A DNA stretch of 64,000 bases from Eledone cirrhosa (lineage: Eukaryota), in contig OZ024742.1 of NCBI GenBank assembly GCA_964016885.1, forward strand, positions 9,672,001 to 9,736,000. The letters run 5' to 3'. Position numbers and translations under genes: made by a program. Shown one piece after another: positions 47,401 through 62,989 of the stretch (the first letter of the stretch is position 1; every line of letters starts with the position of its first letter). The notes under the pieces are model-generated. The model did not search any database and was not told the origin of the DNA. It saw nothing but the letters and a program-made list of their open reading frames with translations.

Positions 47401-50330
47401 AAAGTGCTAATCCGGTCCCTGTAAGCCTTACTTGCCGGTAAGGACAAGTTGAGCTTCCAGTAACCGGGTCCCTGTCTATGCGTTCTGTCAAGGTTGACCA
47501 TGCAGGTCACTAACTTGTGGTCTGAATAGCCAACCATGAGCATTTTTGGACAACTTAAAAAGTCCTTATCCTTATTTCTAACTAAGAACCTATCTAAGTA
47601 CGACCTAGATGATCCGCTGCGGTTTGCCCAAGTCCATGTTGGCGCTTTTGGAAAATCTTGTCGATATCTATCGGCCAGGTTAAATCGACCGATTAACCCT
47701 TTTAGGCTGTTACACCCCTCTCTATCGGGACAGGCCCCTACGTAGTCCCAACGTGCATCTAGGATACCATTCCAGTCCCCCACTAATAGCAAGGAGCGGG
47801 ACGTCCCTAGAAAAGTCTCCAGACGATGGAAGAAGTCCGGCCGCGTTGACCCGAAAGGGCCGTAGACGGCTACCAGCCTAAACGCTCCGCCTTCACCACT
47901 GCCAAGGTCCAGAACCACTAGTCGACCCTCCGGGTCCAAATGTACCGACTGTGTTGCGAGACCCAGATGTTTTTGCAGCAGAACGACCACCCCGCCCCCA
48001 CCACCGGGCTGACAGAGAGATGCGTGCATCTCAAAGTCATCAAAGGTGGGGGCCCGCTATCGCACGTTGTTGATCCGGGCCTCGCAAATAAACATCACAT
48101 CTATACGTTGTGACCTGAGGTCATTTAGAAGCATTGCTTGCTTCCAAGTTGAGCCCAGGCCACGCGCATTTAGACAGCCTACTCTTTGCATAGCCATGTT
48201 GGTAGTGAAGAGAAAAGGCACTTACCTCTCTGCGTCCCGGGTATCGGGCTCTTCGTCTCCTGGGGACCAGGCTGCACAATGTTGGAGGGTATGTTTGTTA
48301 GGGTGGGGACGGGTGTTTGGTGGGGAGGGGTGTCTGGTGGGATGGAGATGACTTGGGTGGAGGTGCCTGTGGTGGGGGAGGCCTTTGTAGAGGACGCGGT
48401 TGATTGGTTTCACGCAGGAATTCCCCACGTCCTCTACAAATGTTTCTTTTAGGGATCTAATTTCCTATAGGGACCCTGATCAGTTTTAGGTTCATTTTTT
48501 TGTTTTTGTTAGAGCTATCCAAAGTTTTCCCTTCGGTTTTGACCAAAGGGTTGTTTCTGATGGTCTCCATCAGTGTTCTATTTTCTTCGTTTATGTAAGT
48601 GTTTGTGTACTTTTCCTGTGTTGTGTTTGTTTTTGTCTGTGGTTCCTGCATGTGTTTTCTCTTTGTTGTGGGTGTTTTGTTTTCGGGAGTGGGAACTTTT
48701 GTTTGTGATTTTTGTGCTGTTTGTGCTGGTGTTTGTGTGTTTGTTTCGTTTTTGTTCATGCGATTCTTTCTTTTTTTTCCTTTTCACGGGTTGGAAGGGT
48801 TCCTCCTCATCGCCGCTGGGTGCCGTCGATAGTGGTTCCTCATCCGTGTTGATGGGTAGGGGTATGTTTTGGGGTTCTATAGTGTCTGTGTGTGTTTTTG
48901 TATTTGTTTTGGGTAGGATAGTGTTCTCTGTTGTTTTTTTCTTGTTTTCGTGGTGGTGGTGGTGGTGGTTGTGTTGTTATTTTTGTTGTTGGTAAAAGTG
49001 TTTTTCTTTTTGTCAATTGAGGACAGGCAGCCCTTAGGTAACCCCTACTTGCGCAGTTGTAACATGCGGGCCGCCTACCCTCAACCGAAATGTTTATGTT
49101 GGTCTGTCCATCGAGAGGTACTCTTTGTGGGATTTTCATTATACGTTCTGGGCTCATCTGCACCAGAATTTCGACGCTAGTCCCACTAAATATATATCTG
49201 GAGGATTTTCCTACTGAGATCAAAATGTCTTGTTCAAAGTCAATTAGGCCATAAAGTATCCACCAAATATCTACTTTGGGTCTTATGCATGTAATTTTTA
49301 TTTTTTGCGTTCTTTTTTCCCATGTATGTAGGGAAAAATGTAAAATGGGTGGACACAATGGGCGCGATGGAATATTTTTGTGCTGTTATGTTGTTTTTCA
49401 TTAGCACCGAGATGCTGCCGAAAAGTTTGGCTTTCTAAATGAATAAAATGTTATCCATGTGGTTCCTTAAAACCAGCTCAATCTCACTCTGAGATAGTTG
49501 AGCTGGTTTTTGTTTATGCATTTGAGATTGTCCTGAAAATCACCGTGTTCTGGGCATTCTCTCTCCTTAGTTCTTGTGGTGAATTTATGCTAAATGACCC
49601 ATTGGGTCCAAAAGTCACATATTGTTTAGCTTCTTCCAACTTTTGCTTCGCGTTGGTTAAATCCCAAAGTAGAAATATTTCCGTTTTTTTTACGGTATCA
49701 GCAAAAGAAATTTTGCTGTTGTTGTTGTCACTGTTGTTTGTATGTTCTTTGGTGTTTGTGTTGACATTGTTTTCTTTTTGATTGGTATTGTTGGATGTGT
49801 TTTCAATTTTTTCATTTTCTGTATTTGTTGGTGTCTGTTGTGGGCTGTTATTTTCATTTTTTGTTTTGTGAATTTCCATTTCTTTACGAAAAGAAGTATT
49901 TGCTACATATATATCCTTCTGTGTGTGGATACATGTGACGTTTGTGACGTCAGGCGTGTTCAGTTGCTTACAAGCAGCTGAAGCTTGTTCCACTTCTAAA
50001 TGTTGAAGCGATGATGTTGGCCTTTCTTTGTCCATGTCTGCTACTACCTGCTGGTCAAGTAGGCATGGCCTTCCCTTCCCATCTTCTTGTTTTGACAAAG
50101 AAGTAGGTGCTTCGGCCATTTTTTAAAAATGTAGTGTTTTGCAAAAATATTTTCGAAGATATTTTGGATGTTTTTGCCTTGAGGGGCACGATATTTTGGA
50201 GGACTGACCAGATCAAAATTTGACCTGTCAGTCCCTCTACAAATTGGTATAAAATTAAAAGTTCACAATGACGAATTTCTAAGGAAATTTAAACAAAACT
50301 TACCGAGCAAGTTTAACACGTGTCCATCCC
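44464..50330 (-). mobile_element. Near full-length Tx1/L1-clade LINE, copy T2 (second subfamily), head-to-tail with T1
   Basis: ORF1 48222-50119; ORF2 44710-48197 with VGDWN, YSDH, FRPITLLN, KAFDRV, YADD; same 5' end GGGATGGACAC as T1. Confidence 0.92.
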
Positions 50331-50351
50331 AGCGATAGATAATATAGATAT

Positions 50352-50951
50352 GTTTCTTTTATTTGCCACCAGGGCATCAAATGTGGGACAAGTACAATGG
50401 GGGGAGTTTACAAAACAAGGCGTCCTCAATAAGGAGGAGGCAATAACAATATATAAAAATAAAATAAAATATAACAAAATATAAGATTTATAACAAAGTC
50501 CTCAATAGAGAGGAGGCACCTTGGGGGGTCGCACACACCCCCGAAAAGAAGTGTGCAACCCTTTTCCTCGGGAGCACAGAGAACGGGTGCTCCCTTGGTC
50601 TTTCATCTTCCTCACCTATAGTCTGATGTAGAGTGAAGGCCCATTCACACAGGCCATTCTCGCCACTTTCACTCATCTTTCATAAAAACGGCTGGGGTGC
50701 AGCACCTCTCTCTCAATCCTGATCCTTCTTCCGAAATGATATCGGAAGAAACGGACCAGTTGTTGGCCAGAGAGAAAGGTGCCTGACCTCAGTCTTTTCA
50801 GACGCGTCCACCATACAACCTCTTTCGCCATGGCTATTACGCACAGAGACACCGCCTCTCCTTCGTTTTTGAAGAGGGGAGGCGGCTTGATCGTTACAAT
50901 AGACTCGGTGGTCAACCGGATCGGTCCCACCCTTGACAGCAGTTGTTCGAC

Positions 50952-50960
<9 letters not shown>
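50352..50960 (-). mobile_element. Tx1 3' fragment T3 (T2 subfamily)
   Basis: Near-identical to ~44470-45040. Confidence 0.88.
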
Positions 50961-52148
<1,188 letters not shown>

Positions 52149-52787
52149 ATGAATGTATGTATCTGAGTATGTGTATGTGACCCAGTGTTTATGTACAGAT
52201 ATTCCCTATCTCTTCCTTATTGAGTCTGCTAGAATTATTACACGCTGATGATATTCTCGTTGCTCCACAGATTTTCTATCTCCCTAATAATATTAATGTA
52301 CCGCTTCCTTATTGTTATCGGTATTCTGCTCCCTCGTGTATCCTTCAACACATAAGGTAACAATAATAGACCGGCATAATGTTCTTGGGGGTTTCAACAA
52401 ACATTGCACGGGTAGTTTTAATTTTAAAATTACTTCTTGCGTGTAAAAATAATCATCTAATATTTGAAATATTATCAGAATTATAATCACATCTGATAAT
52501 AATAAAAAATTAATTAACTGGATCTCCGTCTTTAACGACGATGTGTGTTACTGTTGTTCGAACAATGGAACATGTGGTCAGGAATTTAAACGTATACGTG
52601 ATTGAGTATTCCACAGACACGTGTATACTTCATGTAATTCTAATGGAGATTCAGAATGATAGTGGTTCGCATGACAGCTCTTGGAATTAGCGAGACAACT
52701 GAGCAACTGAGCATTGATACAGACCGGAACAATAACAAATAAAGTGTCTTGCTCATGGACATAACTGTATGTGTGTGTAGAGAGAGA

Positions 52788-52830
<43 letters not shown>

Positions 52831-53082
52831 ATGTGTGGATGTGTGTGTGTGTTGATGTGTGGATATGTGTGTATGTGTGTCTGTGTAGGTGTGTGTGTGG
52901 GGGAGGGTCGATGTGTGTGTGGATATGTGGATGTGTGTGTGTAGATGTGTGTATGTGTGTGTATGTGTGTATGTGTATATGTGTGTGTTTGTGTGTGTAT
53001 GTATGTGTGTGTGTATATGAAATCCCTTACAGGCATGATGTATGCTACTTTAATCCTACACCGAAACACCGTAGAAAGTATA

Positions 53083-56000
53083 TTGATACCAAGCCAAAGA
53101 TCTTATATATATAGCTACCAAGTCAAAGATCTTATATATATATTGATATTAAGTCAAAGAAACTATTTATATAGATATCAAGTCAAAGATCTGATATATA
53201 TATATTGATACCAAGCCAAAGATCTTATATATATATAGATACCAAGTCAAAGAGACTATATATATTGATACCAAGTCAAAGAGACTATATATATATTGAT
53301 ACCAAGTCAAAGAGACTATATGTATTGATACCAAGTCAAAGAGACTATATATATTGATACCAAGTCAAAGATCTTATATATATAGATACCAAGTCAAAGA
53401 TCTTATATATATTGATATCAAGTCAAAGATCTTATATATATAGATACCAAGTCAAAGATCTTATATATATTGATATTAAGTCAAATATCTTATATATATT
53501 GATACCAAGTCAAAGAGACTATATATATAGATACCAAGTCAAAGAGACTATATATATTGATACCAAGTCAAAGAGACTATATATATTGATACCAAGTCAA
53601 AGATCTTATATATATTGATATCAAGTCAAAGATCTTATATATATAGATACCAAGTCAAAGATCTTATATATATTGATATCAAGTCAAAGATCTTATATAT
53701 ATTGATACCAAGTCAAAGAGACTATATATATTGATACCAAGTCAAAGAGACTATATATATTGATACCAAGTCAAAGAGACTATATATATTGATATCAAGT
53801 CAAAGAGACTATATATATAGATACCAAGTCAAAGAGACTATATATATTGATACCAAGTCAAATAGACTATATATATTGATACCAAGTCAAAGATCTTATA
53901 TATATTGATACCAAGTCAAAGAGACTATATATATTGATACCAAGTCAAAGATCTTATATATATTGATACCAAGTCAAAGAGACTATATATATTGATACCA
54001 AGTCAAAGAGACTATATATATTGATACCAAGTCAAAGAGACTATATATATTGATACCAAGTCAAAGAGACTATATATATTGATACCAAGTCAAAGATCTT
54101 ATATATATTGATATCAAGTCAAAGATCTTATATATATAGATACCACGTCAAAGATCTTATATATATTGATATCAAGTCAAAGATCTTATATATATCGATA
54201 CCAAGTCAAAGAGACTATATATATTGATACCAAGTCAAAGAGACTATATATAGTGATACCAAGTCAAAGAGACTATATATATATTGATACCAAGTCAAAG
54301 AGACTATATATATTGATACCAAGTCAAAGAGACTATATATATTGATACCAAGTCAAAGAGAGTATATATAATGATACCAAGTCAAAGATCTTATATATAT
54401 TGATATCAAGTCAAAGATCTTATATATATAGATACCAAGTCAAAGATCTTATATATATTGATATTAAGTCAAATATCTTATATATATTGATACCAAGTCA
54501 AAGAGACTATATATATAGATACCAAGTCAAAGAGACTATATATATTGATACCAAGTCAAAGAAACTATATATATTGATACCAAGTCAAAGATCTTATATA
54601 TATTGATATCAAGTCAAAGATCTTATATATATAGATACCAAGTCAAAGATCTTATATATATTGATATCAAGTCAAAGATCTTATATATATTGATACCAAG
54701 TCAAAGAGACTATATATATTGATACCAAGTCAAAGAGACTATATATATTGATACCAAGTCAAAGAGACTATATATATTGATATCAAGTCAAAGAGACTAT
54801 ATATATAGATACCAAGTCAAAGAGACTATATATATTGATACCAAGTCAAATAGACTATATATATTGATACCAAGTCAAAGATCTTATATATATTGATACC
54901 AAGTCAAAGAGACTATATATATTGATACCAAGTCAAAGATCTTATATATATTGATACCAAGTCAAAGAGACTATATATATTGATACCAAGTCAAAGAGAC
55001 TATATATATTGATACCAAGTCAAAGAGACTATATATATTGATACCAAGTCAAAGAGACTATATATATTGATACCAAGTCAAAGATCTTATATGTATTGAT
55101 ATCAAGTCAAACATCTTATATATATAGATACCAAGTCAAAGATCTTATATATATTGATATCAAGTCAAAGATCTTATATATATTGATACCAAGTCAAAGA
55201 GACTATATATATTGATACCAAGTCAAAGAGACTATATATATTGATACCAAGTCAAAGAGACTATATATATTGATATCAAGTCAAAGAGACTATATATATT
55301 GATACCAAGTCAAAGATCTTATATATATTGATACCAAGTCAAAGATCTTATATATATTGATATCAAGTCAAAGAGACTATATATATTGATACCAAGTCAA
55401 AGATCTTATATATATTGATACCAAGTCAAAGAGACTATATATATTGATATCAAGTCAAAGATCTTATATATATTGATACCAAGTCAAAGAGACTATATAT
55501 ATTGATACCAAGTCAAAGAGACTATATATATTGATACCAAGTCAAAGAGACTATATATATAGATACCAAGTCAAAGAGACTATATATATTGATACCAAGT
55601 CAAACAGACTATATATATTGATACCAAGTCAAAGATCTTATATATATTGATATCAAGTCAAAGATCTTATATATATAGATACCAAGTCAAAGATTATTAT
55701 ATATATTGATATCAAGTCAAAGATCTTATATATATTGATACCAAGTCAAATAGACTATATATATTGATACCAAGTCAAAGAGACTATATATATTGATATC
55801 AAGTCAAAGATCTTATATATATTGATACCAAGTCAAAGAGACTATATATATTGATACCAAGTCAAAGAGACTATATATATTGATACCAAGTCAAAGAGAC
55901 TATATATATAGATACCAAGTCAAAGAGACTATATATATTGATACCAAGTCAAACAGACTATATATATTGATACCAAGTCAAAGATCTTATATATATTGAT

Positions 56001-59000
56001 ATCAAGTCAAAGATCTTATATATATAGATACCAAGTCAAAGATTATTATATATATTGATATCAAGTCAAAGATCTTATATATATTGATACCAAGTCAAAT
56101 AGACTATATATATTGATACCAAGTCAAAGAGACTATATATATTGATACCAAGTCAAAGAGACTATATATATTGATATCAAGTCAAAGAGACTATATATAT
56201 AGATACCAAGTCAAAGAGACTATATATATTGATACCAAGTCAAAGAGACTATATATATTGATACCACGTCAAAGATCTTATATATATTGATACCAAGTCA
56301 AAGAGACTATATATATTGATACCAAGTCAAAGAGACTATATATATTGATATCAAGTCAAAGAGACTATATATATAGATACCAAGTCAAAGAGACTATATA
56401 TATTGATACCAAGTCAAAGAGACTATATATATTGATACCAAGTCAAAGAGACTATATATATTGATACCAAGTCAAAGAGACTATATATATTGATATCAAG
56501 TCAAAGAGACTATATATATAGATACCAAGTCAAAGAGACTATATATATTGATACCAAGTCAAAGAGACTATATATATTGATACCACGTCAAAGATCTTAT
56601 ATATATTGATACCAAGTCAAAGAGACTATATATATTGATACCAAGTCAAAGAGACTATATATATTGATATCAAGTCAAAGAGACTATATATATAGATACC
56701 AAGTCAAAGAGACTATATATATTGATACCAAGTCAAAGAGACTATATATATTGATTCCAAGTCAAAGAGACTATATATATTGATACCAAGTCAAAGAGAC
56801 TATATATATTGATATCAAGTCAAAGAGACTATATATATAGATACCAAGTCAAAGAGACTATATATATTGATACCAAGTCAAATAGACTATATATATTGAT
56901 ACCAAGTCAAAGATCTTATATATATTGATACCAAGTCAAAGAGACTATATATATTGATACCAAGTCAAAGATCTTATATATATTGATACCAAGTCAAAGA
57001 GACTATATATATTGATACCAAGTCAAAGAGACTATATATATTGATACCAAGTCAAAGAGACTATATATATTGATACCAAGTCAAAGAGACTATATATATT
57101 GATACCAAGTCAAAGATCTTATATATATTGATATCAAGTCAAAGATCTTATATATATAGATACCACGTCAAAGATCTTATATATATTGATATCAAGTCAA
57201 AGATCTTATATATATCGATACCAAGTCAAAGAGACTATATATATTGATACCAAGTCAAAGAGACTATATATAGTGATACCAAGTCAAAGAGACTATATAT
57301 ATATTGATACCAAGTCAAAGAGACTATATATATTGATACCAAGTCAAAGAGACTATATATATTGATACCAAGTCAAAGAGAGTATATATAATGATACCAA
57401 GTCAAAGATCTTATATATATTGATATCAAGTCAAAGATCTTATATATATAGATACCAAGTCAAAGATCTTATATATATTGATATTAAGTCAAATATCTTA
57501 TATATATTGATACCAAGTCAAAGAGACTATATATATAGATACCAAGTCAAAGAGACTATATATATTGATACCAAGTCAAAGAGACTATATATATTGATAC
57601 CAAGTCAAAGATCTTATATATATTGATATCAAGTCAAAGATCTTATATATATAGATACCAAGTCAAAGATCTTATATATATTGATATCAAGTCAAAGATC
57701 TTATATATATTGATACCAAGTCAAAGAGACTATATATATTGATACCAAGTCAAAGAGACTATATATATTGATACCAAGTCAAAGAGACTATATATATTGA
57801 TATCAAGTCAAAGAGACTATATATATAGATACCAAGTCAAAGAGACTATATATATTGATACCAAGTCAAATAGACTATATATATTGATACCAAGTCAAAG
57901 ATCTTATATATATTGATACCAAGTCAAAGAGACTATATATATTGATACCAAGTCAAAGATCTTATATATATTGATACCAAGTCAAAGAGACTATATATAT
58001 TGATACCAAGTCAAAGAGACTATATATATTGATACCAAGTCAAAGAGACTATATATATTGATACCAAGTCAAAGAGACTATATATATTGATACCAAGTCA
58101 AAGATCTTATATATATTGATATCAAGTCAAACATCTTATATATATAGATACCAAGTCAAAGATCTTATATATATTGATATCAAGTCAAAGATCTTATATA
58201 TATTGATACCAAGTCAAAGAGACTATATATATATTGATACCAAGTCAAAGAGACTATATATATTGATACCAAGTCAAAGAGACTATATATATTGATATCA
58301 AGTCAAAGAGACTATATATATTGATACCAAGTCAAAGATCTTATATATATTGATACCAAGTCAAAGATCTTATATATATTGATATCAAGTCAAAGAGACT
58401 ATATATATTGATACCAAGTCAAAGAGACTATATATATTGATACCAAGTCAAAGATCTTATATATATAGATACCAAGTCAAAGATTATTATATATATTGAT
58501 ATCAAGTCAAAGATCTTATATATATTGATACCAAGTCAAATAGACTATATATATTGATACCAAGTCAAAGAGACTATATATATTGATACCAAGTCAAAGA
58601 GACTATATATATTGATATCAAGTCAAAGAGACTATATATATAGATACCAAGTCAAAGAGACTATATATATTGATACCAAGTCAAAGAGACTATATATATT
58701 GATACCACGTCAAAGATCTTATATATATTGATACCAAGTCAAAGAGACTATATATATTGATACCAAGTCAAAGAGACTATATATATTGATATCAAGTCAA
58801 AGAGACTATATATATAGATACCAAGTCAAAGAGACTATATATATTGATACCAAGTCAAAGAGACTATATATATTGATTCCAAGTCAAAGAGACTATATAT
58901 ATTGATACCAAGTCAAAGAGACTATATATATTGATTCCAAGTCAAAGAGATTATATATATAGATACCAAGTCAAAGAGACTATATATATTGATATCAAGT

Positions 59001-59205
59001 CAAAGAGACTATATATATAGATACCAAAGAGACTAGATATAGATACCAAAGAGACTAGATATATAGATACCAAGTCAAAGAGACTAGATATATAGATACC
59101 AAGTCAAAGAGACTAGATATATAGATACCAAGTCAAAGAGACTATATATATTGATACCAAGTCAAAGAGATTATATATATAGATACCAAGTCAAAGAGAC
59201 TATGT
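53083..59205. repeat. 29-bp satellite (ATATATATTGATACCAAGTCAAAGAGACT and ..AAAGATCTT variants), roughly 210 copies, with higher-order structure
   Basis: Continuous tandem monomers; rare variants recur at offsets of 988 and 3020 bp. Confidence 0.95.
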
Positions 59206-59702
59206 ATAGAACAGAAACAATATTCCATCTAGGGCAAACATCGGAAATATGATATAATTAAGATTTTTCATTATCAGCATATTTTCTATTTCTTCTTGTT
59301 TGTTTTTGTGTGTTTGAAATGACTTTTTTCAATGCAAAGGAAAGTATAGGTTTTCTTATTTGTGGTGTATGTGAAGATAGTCAATTACAGTTTTCATTTG
59401 ATTCGTCGAAATTATTTTCCTTAACGGAGCAAAACACACATGAAAGAATGCATAACTAGATTAATAAGCTTCATTTGGTATCTGGTCTATATACAAACAT
59501 AAACCTCCTATATAGTTGTTGGGATATAACTGATGTCGGCCATATTGTGTAGAGTTTCTTTGCAACGAATATTGTGTTAATCAATATTAAGGATGTAAAC
59601 TGTATCAGTTTAATCAAGAATATATATATAGAGAGAGAGATAGATAGATAGATATATAGATAGATAGATAGATATATAGATGGATAGATAGATAGATAGA
59701 TA

Positions 59703-60715
59703 TGTTTCTTTATTAGCCACAGGGGCACAAAAGAAGCGGACAAATACAAAGGGCGAAGTTTACATACAATAAAAACGTGTCAAATATTATCACAAATGTA
59801 ATTTTAAAATTAGTCGATTTTCCCCAATAGGGGGAGACATTTCATATGGCTAACACATAGACCCGAAAAAAAATGTGCAACCTTCATCTCCAGGAATACG
59901 AAGAGTGTGTACTCCTTTCCTCTCCTCCTCTTTTTCCTCAACCTACAGGCTGATATAGAGAGAAGGCCCATTCACTCGGGCCATTCTCGCCACTTTCACC
60001 CACCTTTCATAAAACTTGCTGTGGTACAGCACCTCTCTCTCCATCCTGATTCTTCTTCCAAAGTGGTATTTGAAAAAAAGAATCAGTTGTTGGCCGGAGA
60101 GAAAGGTGTCTGACCTCAGCCCTTTCAACTTTGTCCACCATACAACCTCTTTCGCCATAGCTATCACACAAAGGAAAACCGCCTCTCCTTCGTTTTTGAA
60201 GGAGGGTGGCGGTTTGATCATGACAATGGACTCGGTGGTCAACCGGATTGGTCCCACCCGCGAGAATAGTCGTTCTACATAGCCCCACAGGTCGGTGACA
60301 CCCGGGCTGTGTATGAATGCGTGCGCGACAGTTTCTTCGTCTCGCACGCATCTCGGACAGATCTTTTTTGCAGGGTCCCTGCTCGGGCGCCCATGTCTGT
60401 AGAGCTTGTCTCGAACTGGTAGAGCTCCTCAGTAGCACTGCCAGGCCAGGTACTTTTGGAAGTTGTCCATTGGTCCCGGGTGGAAAGTCCTACCCAACAG
60501 ACTGGCCAGTTCGTCTTCCTCTACGCCCAGAGTTTCATCGAGCACGTCGTCGCACTTGCTGCGGATCAACCCTCTATAGAATGACGAAGTGGAGTCTCCA
60601 CTGATCGCCGGGTCCGCCTGCCAGAGGGCTGTGAGCGCCTGAGCACATTCGATGTGCCAGTCGCCCATTTTCCTCGGTCTTTGCTTGACCCAGGACTGCA
60701 GCTCGGTCAGCGAGA
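59703..60715 (-). mobile_element. 5'-truncated Tx1 copy T4 (T1 subfamily), flanked on both sides by GATA repeats
   Basis: Matches ~38645-39640; (GATA)n at 59640-59700 and 60716-60732. Confidence 0.9.
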
Positions 60716-60807
60716 AGATAGATAGGTAGATATACAAGAATACAAGTAAACTTTTGTTTTTAGTCTTCCTGCCTAGTTTTCCTAATTATTTTCTGGTACC
60801 ATATATG

Positions 60808-60903
<96 letters not shown>

Positions 60904-61800
60904 GGTCATTATACGATATCAATATATACTATGATGATGTGGCTCTAAAAATTCAAGACATCAGAGCATTTGCAACATTACCAATATCTTAAGAAATTAC
61001 ATATCAAATATTTTGCAGGGAGGAATTTAATCAGGCAGAAACAAACACTGAGAGTTAAAATAAGTATTATACTTACATAGCCACTGTGTTTTCATGAGGC
61101 TTTCCTATCAGCAAAATCTTATATACGCACACACACATATATATATATATAATTAACATGTTCCACCTCTTGTATTTAACACAAAATTCAACCAACATAG
61201 CCACAAAACAAGCAACCATCATATACACTACACCACCAACCAACATATACACTACACCACCAACCAACATATACTCAACATTACCAAGGAATATATCCAC
61301 AGATATACCAACCAAAATACCCACAGAGATACCAATCAACCAACATACCTAGTTATATTCCTGCAGACCTCTTAAGAAACCAACCAATTTTACTATCTAC
61401 ATAACTATAGATATAACTACTCCATCTGGAATACGTGATTACGAAAAGATTACTTCCAGATGATCTAACCACACTCTCAGCATGAGCCACAATATACGTA
61501 CACGCTATATTATATATATATATTTTATTCAAGCTTTCTTAATCTAAGTGTCAACTAAACTTAATATTAGTTTCACTCTATGAATACAAACTGCAATAGA
61601 TCAATATTTGTTATGTAAATGATGGACGGTGCAAAGGCGATCTACACCATAATAAACTAATAAACTGGAATAATTAAATACATAAATAAGGGGATAACTA
61701 ATAACTTATAACGGATATACACTCGTCCATACACACATACATACTCACAACACATACATACACACGCACACATATATATATATACATATTTATATGTATG

Positions 61801-61858
<58 letters not shown>

Positions 61859-61908
61859 CATATTTATATATATATACATACATATTTAAATATATATATA
61901 TACATATT

Positions 61909-61940
<32 letters not shown>

Positions 61941-61986
61941 TGTATGTATGTATGTATGTATGTATGTATGTATGTATGTATGTATG

Positions 61987-62056
<70 letters not shown>

Positions 62057-62084
62057 CATATTTATATATATATACATACATATT

Positions 62085-62118
<34 letters not shown>

Positions 62119-62989
62119 CATATATAATATATATATATATATACATATATATTTATATATATATATATATACATATATATAGATATATAGATATATATAT
62201 ATATATATATTGTATGTGTATGTAGAATATATGTATATATATACATATAAATATATATTTGTGTGTATGTTCGCATGTGTGTGTATGTGTGTGAGTGGTC
62301 TACCCATGAACTTATGTTGAAACTATGAACTATGTTCAAACTATAGGTGTCCTGTCACTATCTCGTTAATCATGTGAATGTCACGTGTTCGATCACCCAC
62401 GGCCTTCGATTTCCTTATTTTTCTTTCATTAATTATGTGCAAACATTTAAGTAACTATTTCTTACTACAGCTGAGATAGTGTTTATCTTCATTTCGTAAA
62501 TATAAATAATGCTGCAATCTTTACTTGAAACATTGAATTTATATATCTATTTAAATCACTGCTTAACTGCATCTTCTTTTTTCAAATTTATTATTAACTC
62601 TTCGTACACAGAGCCGTAATCTATTATATGATTCTTAATGTTTGTCTCTGTGTGTCTGTTTCATTAAATACTGAATTTCCAAGGTTAAAACAATCAAAGA
62701 GGGCCTAACTCAGTTGAGGAGAACATCGAAAAATAACATGAATGCTTTTTATTAAAAAATCATACGGACTACATTTTGTGGTTCCCTTTTTTTCCTTTCA
62801 GTTGTTTGAGCAATCAAATAGCCTGGTCGTGATCATTTAATATTGTTATATGTAGAACATACAGACTATATGTTGTGTATAACATTTAATATAAACTGTA
62901 GAATATTGGATATACTGTTTTTGTGTATTTTTACATATACATTACTATATCTATCTATCTATCTCGCTACATATCAATCTATCTATCTA

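Noticed and set aside
39017-48995. Overlapping antisense and alternative-frame ORFs in the GC-rich region
   Set aside because: Shadow frames of Tx1 ORF1/ORF2.
52228-52270. LELLHADDILVA, resembling an RT YADD motif
   Set aside because: Too short, with no flanking RT motifs.
53083-59205. CRISPR-like regular 29-bp periodicity
   Set aside because: No unique spacers, no cas genes, eukaryotic context; it is a tandem satellite.
61158-61450. Thr/Pro-rich repeat resembling a mucin-like exon
   Set aside because: In-frame stop, no supported splice structure, low complexity.
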